Origin: a virus
Lineage: Duplodnaviria; Caudoviricetes
Direction: 5' to 3' (one strand)
Length of the DNA stretch: 27,484 nucleotides
Virus record (IMG/VR): IMGVR_UViG_3300033804_000009
Span: 1 to 27,484 of that record
Both the position numbers and the translations under genes were made by a program. Positions 9,682-19,087 of this stretch are shown here, piece by piece. How positions within the stretch are numbered: the stretch's first letter is position 1; every line of letters begins with the position of its first letter. Under the pieces are notes generated by a model, which had not been told where the DNA came from, ran no database searches, and worked only from the letters and a program-made list of their open reading frames with translations.

Positions 9682-11625
9682 TCAAAATGGTAGCCCTGTG
9701 TTAGGATTAATCGGACAACAACCCGCCGCTTTTTGTGCATCAGTTCTTACATCTTTCGTAAAACCGCAACTTTCACTTATGCTATGAGGCACACAAATAG
9801 AGGTTACACCACCTTCCTCGACATAAGCACACGGATCTCCTGGCATATCGTCAGCACATAAAGCACCGCCCTTACAAGCATCCGGAGAGGCTATGTATAT
9901 TTGATCAAATTGAACCTCCGAATTGTATGTCCCATCACAGTTATAATATTTATGCTCCCCGACAAAATCGCAATAGAAAACGCCTTTGCAAACAACGGCA
10001 CCGCAGGTCGCCATCCAGACACCTAACCATGTAGTGATATAATAAGCCTCGCTTGGCCCTGTCACGCAGTTTGCGACGAAAGTTACCGAGGCGCTATTGC
10101 CGCAACAATCCGTCACCGTGACCGTGGGGTTATTGGAACAATTAGGATTTGTTGCCGGCGCGTTAAAGGCGAGAGTAGTCTCTGGGCCTTTATAACTCGA
10201 TCCGGAACTTCCGAAGGTCCCCGAGGTACATACCCATGAATAAGGAGGGCAGCCGCCCACAACGGTTATGTCTTGCCCGGTCCCACATGTCATTTGAAGA
10301 GACGTATAACTCAAACTCACAGGTGATGGGCCGCCGCCAGGCTGATTGCAGCAGTTATAAGTCATGAGTTTAAATAGTGTACCGCAATTATCTATGGCCG
10401 TAACACTAAGATCAGTTTTACAGTCGATTCCGCCTTCGGGAGCGATGTACCGTGCCGATTTACCATAAACATCTTGCGGAATAAGTTTCCCTGGCCCCTT
10501 TAAAATCCATGTCACAGGCATACAGCATCCGTTTACTTCCGGGATGCAAAGGAGAAATCTACCGAACCAACCGGCCTGTTCAACGAAGATGCTTATGTTT
10601 ATCAGCGGTGGAATTCTCCAAATTTGGGCGCCTTCGTAATACATCCAGCCGCCATAGCCAGGGTGATAAGATTCGGCGTTAGACGCCCACCACATCTGCA
10701 TTATTCTCTTATCCGGAGGCTTTTGGCAGCAATCGACGTCCAGCTTCGCTTGCTGGCTACACACTATAATTTGGCCCGTGGGATCATAAACCATCGCCTG
10801 AATCAGAAGAACGGCGAGACCAGTTTCGGAAGTATCGGGAGCCTCAGTGTAAGCCTTCCAAATAATAAAAGTGCCCTTTTCGTCAGTTCCGAAATAGAGA
10901 ATTTCAGCGTATCCAAAAGGTGTAAGAGAATAGATTTGGTGGTTATTCGGTTGATCATATGGAGGGGGACCCGTGTGGCTCCATGGGGATGTCCAATGCC
11001 GAGGTTCGTATGGAGTTTTAAAATTAAATGCTGTGAGAATCCCTCTCTCAATGGGAAATATATTCCATGATAACGGTTTACATTTTGGACACTTTGACAG
11101 GTCAACGGTGTAATAAGTTTTGATGTAATCTACACCCTCTTCCTGTTTTTTGTTTAGCTTCGTTAAAACAAGCTGAAGGGTATCCATGGGTGAATTCACA
11201 AACGGCGGATGTTCCTTTTTGTACCAAGTCATCGCCGGGACTTTAGTGGGCATATCCTTAAATGTGATTGTGCAGACAGCAGTAGGAGCAACAGCGGTCG
11301 TTTCAATCTCTATCAAATCGCCTCCCCTGAATGATTTGACCCTCAATCGAACCCCACCAGGGAACATCATTTGATCCTGGCCTTCGGAGATTCGCTGTAA
11401 AGACATTCTTCTTTTTAAACTGAATAGAAAATTTCTCGCGTAAGCCATGTAAGGTTGCGCGAGCACGGGATCTCCGATAATCCGCAGGGAGTAAGGACCA
11501 TACGTATTTTGGTTAGTCTGATTAGGGCTCCAATCTTCAGTTTTCTTCATGGCATTCATCCAGATTAAGGAAAATACCAGGATTAACCCAAGAGCAATAA
11601 GCATCCGTACTTCTCGACATTTCAT
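9682..11625 (-). CDS. Cysteine-rich virion/tail protein with Ig-like modules (647 aa; start could be 11550)
   Basis: 32 Cys by my count, including five CC pairs. Two similar beta-rich modules (VTWILKGPG..ARYIAP..CKTDLSVTAIDNCG and YSWVCTSG..LAFNAP..CSNNPTVTVTDCCG). ATGA overlap with the upstream stop. Confidence 0.6.
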   Translation of the reverse strand: MKCREVRMLIALGLILVFSLIWMNAMKKTEDWSPNQTNQNTYGPYSLRIIGDPVLAQPYMAYARNFLFSLKRRMSLQRISEGQDQMMFPGGVRLRVKSFRGGDLIEIETTAVAPTAVCTITFKDMPTKVPAMTWYKKEHPPFVNSPMDTLQLVLTKLNKKQEEGVDYIKTYYTVDLSKCPKCKPLSWNIFPIERGILTAFNFKTPYEPRHWTSPWSHTGPPPYDQPNNHQIYSLTPFGYAEILYFGTDEKGTFIIWKAYTEAPDTSETGLAVLLIQAMVYDPTGQIIVCSQQAKLDVDCCQKPPDKRIMQMWWASNAESYHPGYGGWMYYEGAQIWRIPPLINISIFVEQAGWFGRFLLCIPEVNGCCMPVTWILKGPGKLIPQDVYGKSARYIAPEGGIDCKTDLSVTAIDNCGTLFKLMTYNCCNQPGGGPSPVSLSYTSLQMTCGTGQDITVVGGCPPYSWVCTSGTFGSSGSSYKGPETTLAFNAPATNPNCSNNPTVTVTDCCGNSASVTFVANCVTGPSEAYYITTWLGVWMATCGAVVCKGVFYCDFVGEHKYYNCDGTYNSEVQFDQIYIASPDACKGGALCADDMPGDPCAYVEEGGVTSICVPHSISESCGFTKDVRTDAQKAAGCCPINPNTGLPF

Positions 11626-12614
11626 CTTGTCTTTCTCTTAATAAGGTCCCCCATGATCCGGAGAGATTCTAAATCGAAATCAGAACCGTTCAAATTCTTC
11701 AGATCCCAAGTTATAAATCTCGCGGGAGAAGAATTTCTTTTTCCTCTGATTCCTCTTCCAAATTTCCTTCTGCATTCTCTTACCATTTGGGCTACTTTAC
11801 TAAAAATCACAGGATGGAGGTCTTTTACTTCATCGACTTTTATATCAAGTCTCATCCCATCGTTTGATCGATAAGAGAGCCATGCTTCGCGCGGGATTGC
11901 TATTGCTCCCTTTGCCGAGAGATCCCTTACTCCATCCCGGATCTCCGCCTGGATAGGTTCGCCCAGGTCATCATCCCCATCGAGAAGATAAATGCCTTGC
12001 TCATTCAAACCAATAAATCTCTGGTTGAAATGAAGCAGGCAGTTGAAATTATAATTTTTGTATTCACTCACCGAGTAATTGAAAAGATGCATGACAATCG
12101 TTTTTCTAACAAAAGTAACGGGAATTTCTTCGGCAAATATTGTCCCGTAATCGCTATCTTCAATGGCGGCAAGTTCGGCCAGGGTATTCGCAGAAAAGAC
12201 GACGATGCCGGTGTCTCCCTCTTCGACACCGGCTATCTCCGCCAGGAACCCTTGCAATATATCAATGGATCCTAAATCTGGTTGTTCATTGGCTTGGACC
12301 TCAAGAAGAAGCGATTCGTAAATATGGAATGAAGCTATGTCGTTAACTTCTACAACATGGAGGCCAAGAGCATTGCCTGAAAGAACATCTATGGCGGGAA
12401 TGTCCGGGGCCTCAATAGCCGCAAGTTCAATATTCTGAGTGATAACATTCGTTGCGAAGGATGCTGAATCCTTTGCTTCGGTTGCGGCTAATTGAGCACC
12501 AGTATAGATAGCGCCCTTGTCATCCTCTTCAACTACGGTGAGGACAAGACCAGCACCAAAAAAGACTATACTCGCGCCATCAGGCAGTTCTAAGACTTGA
12601 AGGAAATTAGCCAT
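11622..12614 (-). CDS. Tail-associated structural protein with N-terminal acidic repeats (330 aa)
   Basis: About seven (L/V/I)xxxExxD repeats, then a globular beta-rich C-terminal domain (VSEYKNYNFNCL...GIYLLDGDDDLGEPIQAEI). Lies in the tail block. Confidence 0.6.
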   Translation of the reverse strand: MANFLQVLELPDGASIVFFGAGLVLTVVEEDDKGAIYTGAQLAATEAKDSASFATNVITQNIELAAIEAPDIPAIDVLSGNALGLHVVEVNDIASFHIYESLLLEVQANEQPDLGSIDILQGFLAEIAGVEEGDTGIVVFSANTLAELAAIEDSDYGTIFAEEIPVTFVRKTIVMHLFNYSVSEYKNYNFNCLLHFNQRFIGLNEQGIYLLDGDDDLGEPIQAEIRDGVRDLSAKGAIAIPREAWLSYRSNDGMRLDIKVDEVKDLHPVIFSKVAQMVRECRRKFGRGIRGKRNSSPARFITWDLKNLNGSDFDLESLRIMGDLIKRKTR

Positions 12615-12688
12615 ACTATACGTTCTCGGGAGGATAGCCTATATCAATTTCATCCTCGGGCATCCAATCTTCCGGATGATCTTCCAGT

Positions 12689-13462
12689 TTATGCTCCGGT
12701 CGGTTTGGTAATGTTTGCCGCATCAACCGTTGTCGTGGCTCCCGATGTGATTGTCGTATTGCTCATCGTAATTTCCGCTCCTGAAGTGGCAACGGCTCCC
12801 TGTGCCCTGATTTCCGTACTCGTAAGAGCACCATCATCGGTCGGCAGAACCAATCTTCCGTAGCTCGCCACTCCGGTTGCCAGGCCGACTCCGGACCACA
12901 CATCCGATGTCTTGTTAATGACACCGGATACCGGAGGCCCGAATTGAAGCGTATAGATCCCGCTCCTGGAAGACGCTTGAATCGAAGTGACTGTGACAGC
13001 CGTTGTCCCACTACCATCAGCGATCGTTACGGAAAGTCCCGGCAATCCCTGAATGACCAGGCTAAGGCCGGCATAGGCGATCGCCGAAATCTGAGGCACA
13101 TTCAGCTTGAGCCATCTTGCCACATTGACAGCGGCAATCAGGTCGCTTGAATCCGAAGCTGAGAATGTGTAGGTGTAGGTCGTTGGTCCCACACCATCTA
13201 CCGTCACATTGAATTTGACGGTATTTGCTGCTGTCCGGTTTGCCAGAACTGCCGTGTAGATTTGAGCCACGGAATAAGTTGTCGTGAGCGCATTACTCCC
13301 GACGGTGATCCTTACGAGCTTCGTTCCGGTTGCCGCCGCATCAGCGGTCGCCGGTGGAGTAACCCCGCCATACAGATCCAGGACGAAATCGCTCCAAAGA
13401 TGCCGGTAAGACATCGCTCCCATCATTGCCGCTACTGCTCCTGAAGAATAGATCCAAGCCAT
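12689..13462 (-). CDS. Virion structural protein, Thr/Ala/Gly-rich (257 aa)
   Basis: SD AAGGAGGT. Motifs LYGGVTPPATADAAATGTKLVRIT and WSGVGLATGVASYGRL resemble a common phage structural family. Confidence 0.65.
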   Translation of the reverse strand: MAWIYSSGAVAAMMGAMSYRHLWSDFVLDLYGGVTPPATADAAATGTKLVRITVGSNALTTTYSVAQIYTAVLANRTAANTVKFNVTVDGVGPTTYTYTFSASDSSDLIAAVNVARWLKLNVPQISAIAYAGLSLVIQGLPGLSVTIADGSGTTAVTVTSIQASSRSGIYTLQFGPPVSGVINKTSDVWSGVGLATGVASYGRLVLPTDDGALTSTEIRAQGAVATSGAEITMSNTTITSGATTTVDAANITKPTGA

Positions 13463-13474
13463 ATTTTACCTCCT

Positions 13475-14479
13475 TTAAGAAAGTGATATTGAAGCTATGT
13501 CAATCTCTTCGACGGCCTGAAGATTTGTCAATCCAATCCCAGGCGCCACCTGACCCATGAAAACATACTGCCTGTAACCCAGGTGCCATTTGATGTAAGA
13601 ATAACCTTCTTCGATGTCCAAAACGGCATAATGCTCGCTCGTGCAATCCTTAACGAATCCACCGGCAAATCCCATGAAAATTCCAATCACGGTTGAGAAG
13701 ATGCAGCATCGACCTTCTAAGCCCCCTATCCTTCCAATGTCCATTCTCTCGATTGCTACAGCTGAACCAGGGAGGGCCGGCACATCCAGGATGGTTCTGC
13801 ATCGTGTAGCCTCAAGAGAAGGCTCCAATTCATCGAGGTAATAACACTTACCGCCGCCGCTCACGTAGAGACCAACTTCTCCCCCTGGACGATTGACCGA
13901 TTTAAGCATCGTGTAGGCGCCCCCAAGATAAATGTGGTCTCTTTTGAGGTCCATCTCGAAAGGATTGCCTGAAATCGACCGGTAGATGAAATTATCGTCG
14001 CAGGAATAAAGTCGAGCATTGCAAAAGTCAAGCAGCTTTCCGCCAATCATCTTTTGACGGTCTTGGCGTGCAGTATCGGGGAACCCGTATGCTACTCCGT
14101 TCTCGATATAGCCGGTAACGGTTCGATTTGAGAAAAAGACCCTACTGCCGAGAGGCACAAATTCCATGTGGGAAATCCCGACACTTTGAACAAGCGTTTT
14201 GGTCGTCCAGTCGGTCTTGAGCTGGATGAGGTCTCCATTCAGGACAAGAAAACAAAGAGAATCTTCATCCGACCAGCCACTATGACAAGCCCCGGATTGA
14301 AGCTGAGTTAAAATGCCCTTCCTTCTTCTGGCCATTTGCTCGCTGTCAATATCCACATTGTCAGCGACCCTCACGAAGCCTTCCTCAAGGCGAAGGTCAT
14401 CCGTGCAGAGGTTATCAACGCCTCGTTGCTTCTTCAGTTCGTAGAGAGGTTGAAGGGTGTTTTGAATAAGGCGTGGCAT
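13475..14479 (-). CDS. Probable tail nozzle / stabilization-like protein (334 aa)
   Basis: N-terminal GVDN...VRVADNVDIDSEQMARRRKG matches the typical start of podovirus tail tubular B / stabilization-type beta-propeller proteins. Beta-rich throughout. Confidence 0.55.
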   Translation of the reverse strand: MPRLIQNTLQPLYELKKQRGVDNLCTDDLRLEEGFVRVADNVDIDSEQMARRRKGILTQLQSGACHSGWSDEDSLCFLVLNGDLIQLKTDWTTKTLVQSVGISHMEFVPLGSRVFFSNRTVTGYIENGVAYGFPDTARQDRQKMIGGKLLDFCNARLYSCDDNFIYRSISGNPFEMDLKRDHIYLGGAYTMLKSVNRPGGEVGLYVSGGGKCYYLDELEPSLEATRCRTILDVPALPGSAVAIERMDIGRIGGLEGRCCIFSTVIGIFMGFAGGFVKDCTSEHYAVLDIEEGYSYIKWHLGYRQYVFMGQVAPGIGLTNLQAVEEIDIASISLS

Positions 14480-16254
14480 CAGTTTCCTTTCTTCTCCGGT
14501 TTGTTTAAAAGGCTCCCGGATTGAAGACTTTCTTTAAGTGTGGCTTTTCCGGTTGCAAAATCTCCGCTTTGTTGCTTCTCTTCTTTCTTTACGCTTTGAG
14601 ATTGAATGCCTCCGCTCTTGAGCTCTTCGGCCCTGTTTATAAGCGCGTGGAGAAACTGTTTCGGAAGCATTGGAATGATTAAGATAATGCTTAACGCAAT
14701 CTCATCCGAAAGGCTGATGTTGTCAGAAAAGGTCAGTTTCGGCATCTTGGAAATAAGGTCCGTAAGCGATATTTGGTCTGAGAGGGCCTTTGAGAATATT
14801 TTTGTGATGGCATCGCTAAGGCTTATCGAATCTGCCTTTGATAAGCCGAATGTTTTTACAACCGCATCACTCAAATCCAGGGCATCGCTTTTGCTTATCG
14901 AAATCTGTTTAGAGATTTGGTCATCCAGAGTAATGGAATCGGAAAGGGACCGAATGAAGCTTACGGTGCGAGAGAATAAGTCCGTTAGGGTTATCGAATC
15001 CGTAATGGCCTTTGAGATAGCCTTAGAAATTTCGTCGGATAGCGCAATAGAATCAGACTTGGAAATATTTAAGGCTTTGGTCAAAACATCCGACAAAGAC
15101 ATCGAATCTGAAAAAACTTTCCCAGGTGTATTTACAATAGAATCGGATAGAGAAAAGGAATCGCTAAGAGAGATAAGTATGCCAAGATATGTCGTTATGA
15201 CATCGGCCAATGTTATCGAATCCGAAAAAGGTTTTGAAGGATTTTTTGAGATAATGTCCGAAAGCGAGATGCTATCAGTTATCGTTATGAGTGCAGTCCA
15301 AATCTTAGAAAAAACATCCGTGAGAGATATTGAATCTGAAAAATCCTTCCCTGGCGTTCTTATGCCCGAATCAGAGAGTGAGATTGATTCAGGACCAGGG
15401 ACAAGACTGAAAGCATTCGGGACCGTATAGGCAATAACTAATTTAGGACGAAGCGTTGTGTCGGTAGCGTATTCCCTTGTGTAAAACACTGCCTCATACT
15501 GAGTGCTCGAGTTTTCTGTTCCATCTTTTATGATTAAATTAGCAATAGAACTGGCATTCGCCTGGAACCATTGAATCAAGGTAATAACGTCCCATGACAT
15601 CCATGCTCCCGGGTTGGCTGGGACCGTTGCGGAAGCTCCGCCCGTTGTCGTGAAGTCTCCGCCAGGATTTGTCCAGGCATTGGTACCATTATATTTATTC
15701 CAAGTTACGCCCGCCTCAGTCCATGCGGTTTGAGTAAGCCGATAAGCCCAATAGGTTCTACCTGTCGGGTTATCTCGGCTACAATTCCAATAGTATAGGG
15801 AAAGTGTTGCGGATGTTATCGTCGCATTTGCCGGAAGAGAAGAAAAATCGAATCTAAGAATGCTCCTATCATTCTGATACGAAAGAAGGAATGAGTTCTC
15901 ATAACTTTGAACAGCCATGGTGGTTGCGGAGCCATAATTAGTGTCAGGGGAGTTTTGGTTCATATAAGAATCTATTGTGCTCGGCTGAAAAGTCATTGGG
16001 CTTGCTCCCGTCCTGCATCCTATCATCACGTCCGCCAAAGCAATCGCATCCGCGAAGGAAATGCCTGGAAGGGCCTTATAACATACATCTGCAAGAGCAA
16101 GGCTATCACTCAAAGATTTTGCGGCCGTCCAAATTCTTGAGAATGAATCACCTAAAGAGAAGGAATCTGCCAAAACTTTACTATACGCTTGAGGACCGCC
16201 AAAAAGGCTGCCGTATTTACAGGTCCCATATTTTGCAGTTCCGTATCCGGGCAT
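14479..16254 (-). CDS. Fibre-like protein: repeat stalk with an inserted DNRLRE/CBM96-like domain (about 591 aa)
   Basis: Start moved to ATG 16254 (SD GAGGA). DSYMNQNSPDTNYG..RSILRFDFSSLPANATITSATLSLY..RPKLVIAY is the DNRLRE-type signature (about 15425-15990), flanked by DSISLSD-type repeats. Confidence 0.7.
   Translation of the reverse strand: MPGYGTAKYGTCKYGSLFGGPQAYSKVLADSFSLGDSFSRIWTAAKSLSDSLALADVCYKALPGISFADAIALADVMIGCRTGASPMTFQPSTIDSYMNQNSPDTNYGSATTMAVQSYENSFLLSYQNDRSILRFDFSSLPANATITSATLSLYYWNCSRDNPTGRTYWAYRLTQTAWTEAGVTWNKYNGTNAWTNPGGDFTTTGGASATVPANPGAWMSWDVITLIQWFQANASSIANLIIKDGTENSSTQYEAVFYTREYATDTTLRPKLVIAYTVPNAFSLVPGPESISLSDSGIRTPGKDFSDSISLTDVFSKIWTALITITDSISLSDIISKNPSKPFSDSITLADVITTYLGILISLSDSFSLSDSIVNTPGKVFSDSMSLSDVLTKALNISKSDSIALSDEISKAISKAITDSITLTDLFSRTVSFIRSLSDSITLDDQISKQISISKSDALDLSDAVVKTFGLSKADSISLSDAITKIFSKALSDQISLTDLISKMPKLTFSDNISLSDEIALSIILIIPMLPKQFLHALINRAEELKSGGIQSQSVKKEEKQQSGDFATGKATLKESLQSGSLLNKPEKKGN
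14690..15395 (-). repeat. Coding tandem repeat: 13 units of an 18/20-aa DSISLSD motif
   Basis: Units counted in the translation, from ESISLSD, DSISLTD, DSISLSD, DSITLAD through DNISLSD, spaced 18 or 20 aa. Degenerate at DNA level. Boundaries approximate. Confidence 0.85.
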
Positions 16255-16261
16255 AAAATCC

Positions 16262-17125
16262 TCAAAAAGGCCCAATAATCGATAAATAATTGCAGGCCCA
16301 GGGTGGATTGGCTGTCGCCGTTAAATTATATGCGCCTGGCGAATAAGCCCATAGTTCAATGTAGTCTGTGGTCCCGTTGCAAAAAAACGTCCCATAAGCT
16401 GGCAAGCTGTAATAAGTTGCTGAACCAGTTACATTCCCGTAGGAAGCTAACCACCCGTTTTTATAAATCCCAGTGTAAAATGTGATAGCTGTCCCGAAGT
16501 AAACATTCCCGATTGCGATATAAAAACCGGGATAGATTGGAGTCATTCGTGATAGGCTTGGATTAAAAATGCCATTATTATCAAAGAAAGTTGTATTTAG
16601 TGCGACCTTTGCCCACCCCGTAGTGAATGATTGACCGCCGACAACATACGCATAGCATTTCGTATTTCCCCTTTGGGCAACCTGCCAAATCGTCGCCGCG
16701 GTAGGAACTAACATCATTTTGTAAGTGTCGCCGGCCGCATTCTTCGCTGACGGAAGAGTATTCTCCTGCCCCCTAACTACCTGCAGCGTGTCTGTAGGAT
16801 TGATTAGCGTGACCCGGACAACTTCAACATTCGGGTCAAGCGCTGGGTCTGTGTAGGCCGTTGCGTCCCACCAGATAAGATTGAACGGAGGCAAAGGCAA
16901 AAGAAGACCTTGTCCATTGACCAAGGCAATCGAAGTATCTGTCGAACCATAAGTTCCGTTTGGAAGAACGACTGTAAAATTACTTACTGAATCAACCCCC
17001 TGTGCAGTCTGTCCAACGGATTGCTTATTGGCGCCGGAAATCAATGCAACTCCTGGCTGCTTTGTGGCAATAATAAGCTTCCCAAATGGAGGGTCGATTC
17101 TGTTTGAACCAGTTTTATATGACAT
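16262..17125 (-). CDS. Tail fibre / receptor-binding-like protein with C-terminal C1q-like domain (287 aa)
   Basis: N-terminal DPNVEVVRVT..TLQVVRGQENT fibre anchor motif. C-terminal KVALNTTFFDNNGIFN..RMTPIYPGFY..NGTTDYIELWAY pattern resembles C1q/TNF-like jelly-roll heads. Confidence 0.65.
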   Translation of the reverse strand: MSYKTGSNRIDPPFGKLIIATKQPGVALISGANKQSVGQTAQGVDSVSNFTVVLPNGTYGSTDTSIALVNGQGLLLPLPPFNLIWWDATAYTDPALDPNVEVVRVTLINPTDTLQVVRGQENTLPSAKNAAGDTYKMMLVPTAATIWQVAQRGNTKCYAYVVGGQSFTTGWAKVALNTTFFDNNGIFNPSLSRMTPIYPGFYIAIGNVYFGTAITFYTGIYKNGWLASYGNVTGSATYYSLPAYGTFFCNGTTDYIELWAYSPGAYNLTATANPPWACNYLSIIGPF

Positions 17126-17126
17126 A

Positions 17127-17867
17127 TCAATTCATCGACTGCAGCGTAACCCACTCACAAGTATAGGATTGGGAGGCTACGCTAATCGTTAGGCCTACGC
17201 TAACTCCCTGTGCTGTTGTGGTATCGACGGATACTTGAGCAACGCTGCCAGGCGTATATAAAACCGCCGAGGCGTTCGTCGTAGCAGAACCACCCACCAC
17301 GACAAGACCGTTAGCCCATGCCTTGGCGCTTGTGGCCGTAAGCCCAAGCGATTGAATGCCGACGACAAATTCTCCATAGAAGTTACCGGCCGTAATAGAA
17401 GCAGGCGGAGCGGCTGTACCGGATGTTCCAAGAAGAGTATTACTTCCTATCGTCGCATTTTGGCCCCAATAAATACCCCAAGTAAGAACCCCTTGCGTGG
17501 CTGTCGAAGTATAAATCCCGCCAAATCTGCAAAGATAAGCCTTTCCAGCTCTCGCATCATTGGCCGCGATTGGTGTCCATAACCCAGGAACCCATAATGA
17601 AGTCGGACCTGGAGTTGTCGTGACCGCCGTAAATGGGCCATAGGGAGGAAAATCGGCGGCATCCATCCCCTCAAATCCCTGGCGTGTGTTTAAAATTCCT
17701 TTCCAGGGAAATTTCTTCGACATCTCAACGTATCGCTTTGCGGACTCGGGCGCCTTGTTCAGAAATTTTTGTCGGTGAGCGCTCCCGAATACTCCGGCCT
17801 CTCTCTCGCGTGCTACAAAATCATCAATCGTCCATCGGCTTATGTCTCCATACTTTTGTGTCTGCAT
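17127..17867 (-). CDS. Hypothetical virion protein, beta-sandwich-like (246 aa)
   Basis: SD AGGAGG. Thr/Gly/Ala-rich beta-strand pattern. Tightly packed in the operon. Confidence 0.6.
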   Translation of the reverse strand: MQTQKYGDISRWTIDDFVAREREAGVFGSAHRQKFLNKAPESAKRYVEMSKKFPWKGILNTRQGFEGMDAADFPPYGPFTAVTTTPGPTSLWVPGLWTPIAANDARAGKAYLCRFGGIYTSTATQGVLTWGIYWGQNATIGSNTLLGTSGTAAPPASITAGNFYGEFVVGIQSLGLTATSAKAWANGLVVVGGSATTNASAVLYTPGSVAQVSVDTTTAQGVSVGLTISVASQSYTCEWVTLQSMN

Positions 17868-17882
17868 TTTCCCTTCCTCCTT

Positions 17883-18407
17883 TTAAGTAGCCGTTAAGGT
17901 CCAAGTGACCGCAAGCGAATCATTTGCTCCTTTGTTAATCACGGAGAATGACGAGTAGAGCCACATATCGGCTGTGTTTTGAGTAACGACATTGAATAGG
18001 CCGCATTCCGTGATTGCTCCCGTTCCAACGGTGGCCGTAAATGTGCATGAATAAGTCACGGTGTTTGTCGGACTTGTGGCTTGGGTGGTAGTACCACATG
18101 CCGTCCTGGACCCCGTGATATAGGTTGCCAACACCGTCCCGGATGTCGTACCTTGCCCGGTACCCGTTCCAACTTCCATCCAGGCAGCTTTCGCTTTCGC
18201 AGGAGAAGCCAAAAGTTGATTCATCAAATCCCACTTCCCGTCAATCTGCACCTGGTTGTGGTAATCGCGGGAATCTTTCAGCTTCCCATCCGGCCCGTAG
18301 AGGCGCAAGTGAATGTTATCCTCCAAATAAAGAAATGAAGTAAACCCCAGCTCCTTCAAACTCTTTCTCAAAATCCTTTCAATTATTTTCTTGAGGTCGT
18401 TCATCAT
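17883..18407 (-). CDS. Phage structural protein, fibre-anchor / baseplate-wedge-like (174 aa)
   Basis: WMEVGTGT..GAITECGLFN..SVINKGANDSLAVTWTLT matches a widespread phage tail structural family. SD GGGAGG, ATGA overlap with the upstream gene. Confidence 0.6.
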   Translation of the reverse strand: MMNDLKKIIERILRKSLKELGFTSFLYLEDNIHLRLYGPDGKLKDSRDYHNQVQIDGKWDLMNQLLASPAKAKAAWMEVGTGTGQGTTSGTVLATYITGSRTACGTTTQATSPTNTVTYSCTFTATVGTGAITECGLFNVVTQNTADMWLYSSFSVINKGANDSLAVTWTLTAT

Positions 18408-19087
18408 AGCCTCCCTCTGTTTGGCATTAAAACCGTCGGCCCATATCTGAGCCGCTGAATTTCGTTATAGGTCCTGGTCTTATTCTTCTCGAAACTTTTC
18501 CCGTGGTCCGCCGATTTGGTGACATCCAAACACGCGGCATCCTGTTTCTGATAGGCCTCCCGAAGAATCCCATCGATTAAGTAGGGCTGATAATCCGAAC
18601 GGATTTCAAGCGCCTGGGTCTCCCAATTCGCTATCGTAATTGGAACGAGAGGAAGCCGGTCAGCGCTCAGATTAAGAGTGTCGAGAACCTTCGCAATCAC
18701 GACGGTCGCTGTCTCATTTACCACAGCACCCGTTACCGTAAAAGAGGTTGTCCCGACGGTCGCAACTGTAAAGGTGCCGTTATTATTCGTGCTCCCGGTA
18801 ATGACTACCTTACTCCCTACGGCCAGGGCGGTAATAAGGGAATATGTGTCGGTGCCAATAGCAATCGTGCTCGTTAGCCCCGTATTTGTCCCAAGAGATA
18901 TGAAAACTATTCTTGCTGATTGAATCGAAGCGCCCTGGGGGATTGTCACATTAACAAATCTGAAACCACCGCTGCAAGAAATACCAGCATAACCGAGGTA
19001 GACAACGGTATTATTATTGGTCCAAGTTCCGCCATGGCAATAGCCATTATTCACATCGTTATTGACTCTTACTGAAAGGAATGACAT
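18404..19087 (-). CDS. Paralog of the C-terminal half of the upstream adaptor-like protein, with a different N-terminus (227 aa)
   Basis: KVLDTLNLSADRLPL..EIRSDYQPYLIDGILREAYQKQDAACLDV aligns by eye with KVLDTMWLTVSRLPL..EIRLEYHPYLVHGILKEAYSKQDSQCLDV of 19087-20073. Confidence 0.7.
   Translation of the reverse strand: MSFLSVRVNNDVNNGYCHGGTWTNNNTVVYLGYAGISCSGGFRFVNVTIPQGASIQSARIVFISLGTNTGLTSTIAIGTDTYSLITALAVGSKVVITGSTNNNGTFTVATVGTTSFTVTGAVVNETATVVIAKVLDTLNLSADRLPLVPITIANWETQALEIRSDYQPYLIDGILREAYQKQDAACLDVTKSADHGKSFEKNKTRTYNEIQRLRYGPTVLMPNRGRL

Noticed and set aside
14606-15430. 274-aa plus-strand ORF with apparent repeats
   Set aside because: Mirror of the DSISLSD repeat region on the coding strand.
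9682-17125. Diversity-generating retroelement target or template repeats in fibre genes
   Set aside because: No reverse transcriptase in the window, and I saw no near-identical ~100-bp repeat pair differing at adenines. A self dot-plot would be needed to exclude it fully, and a template could lie outside the window.
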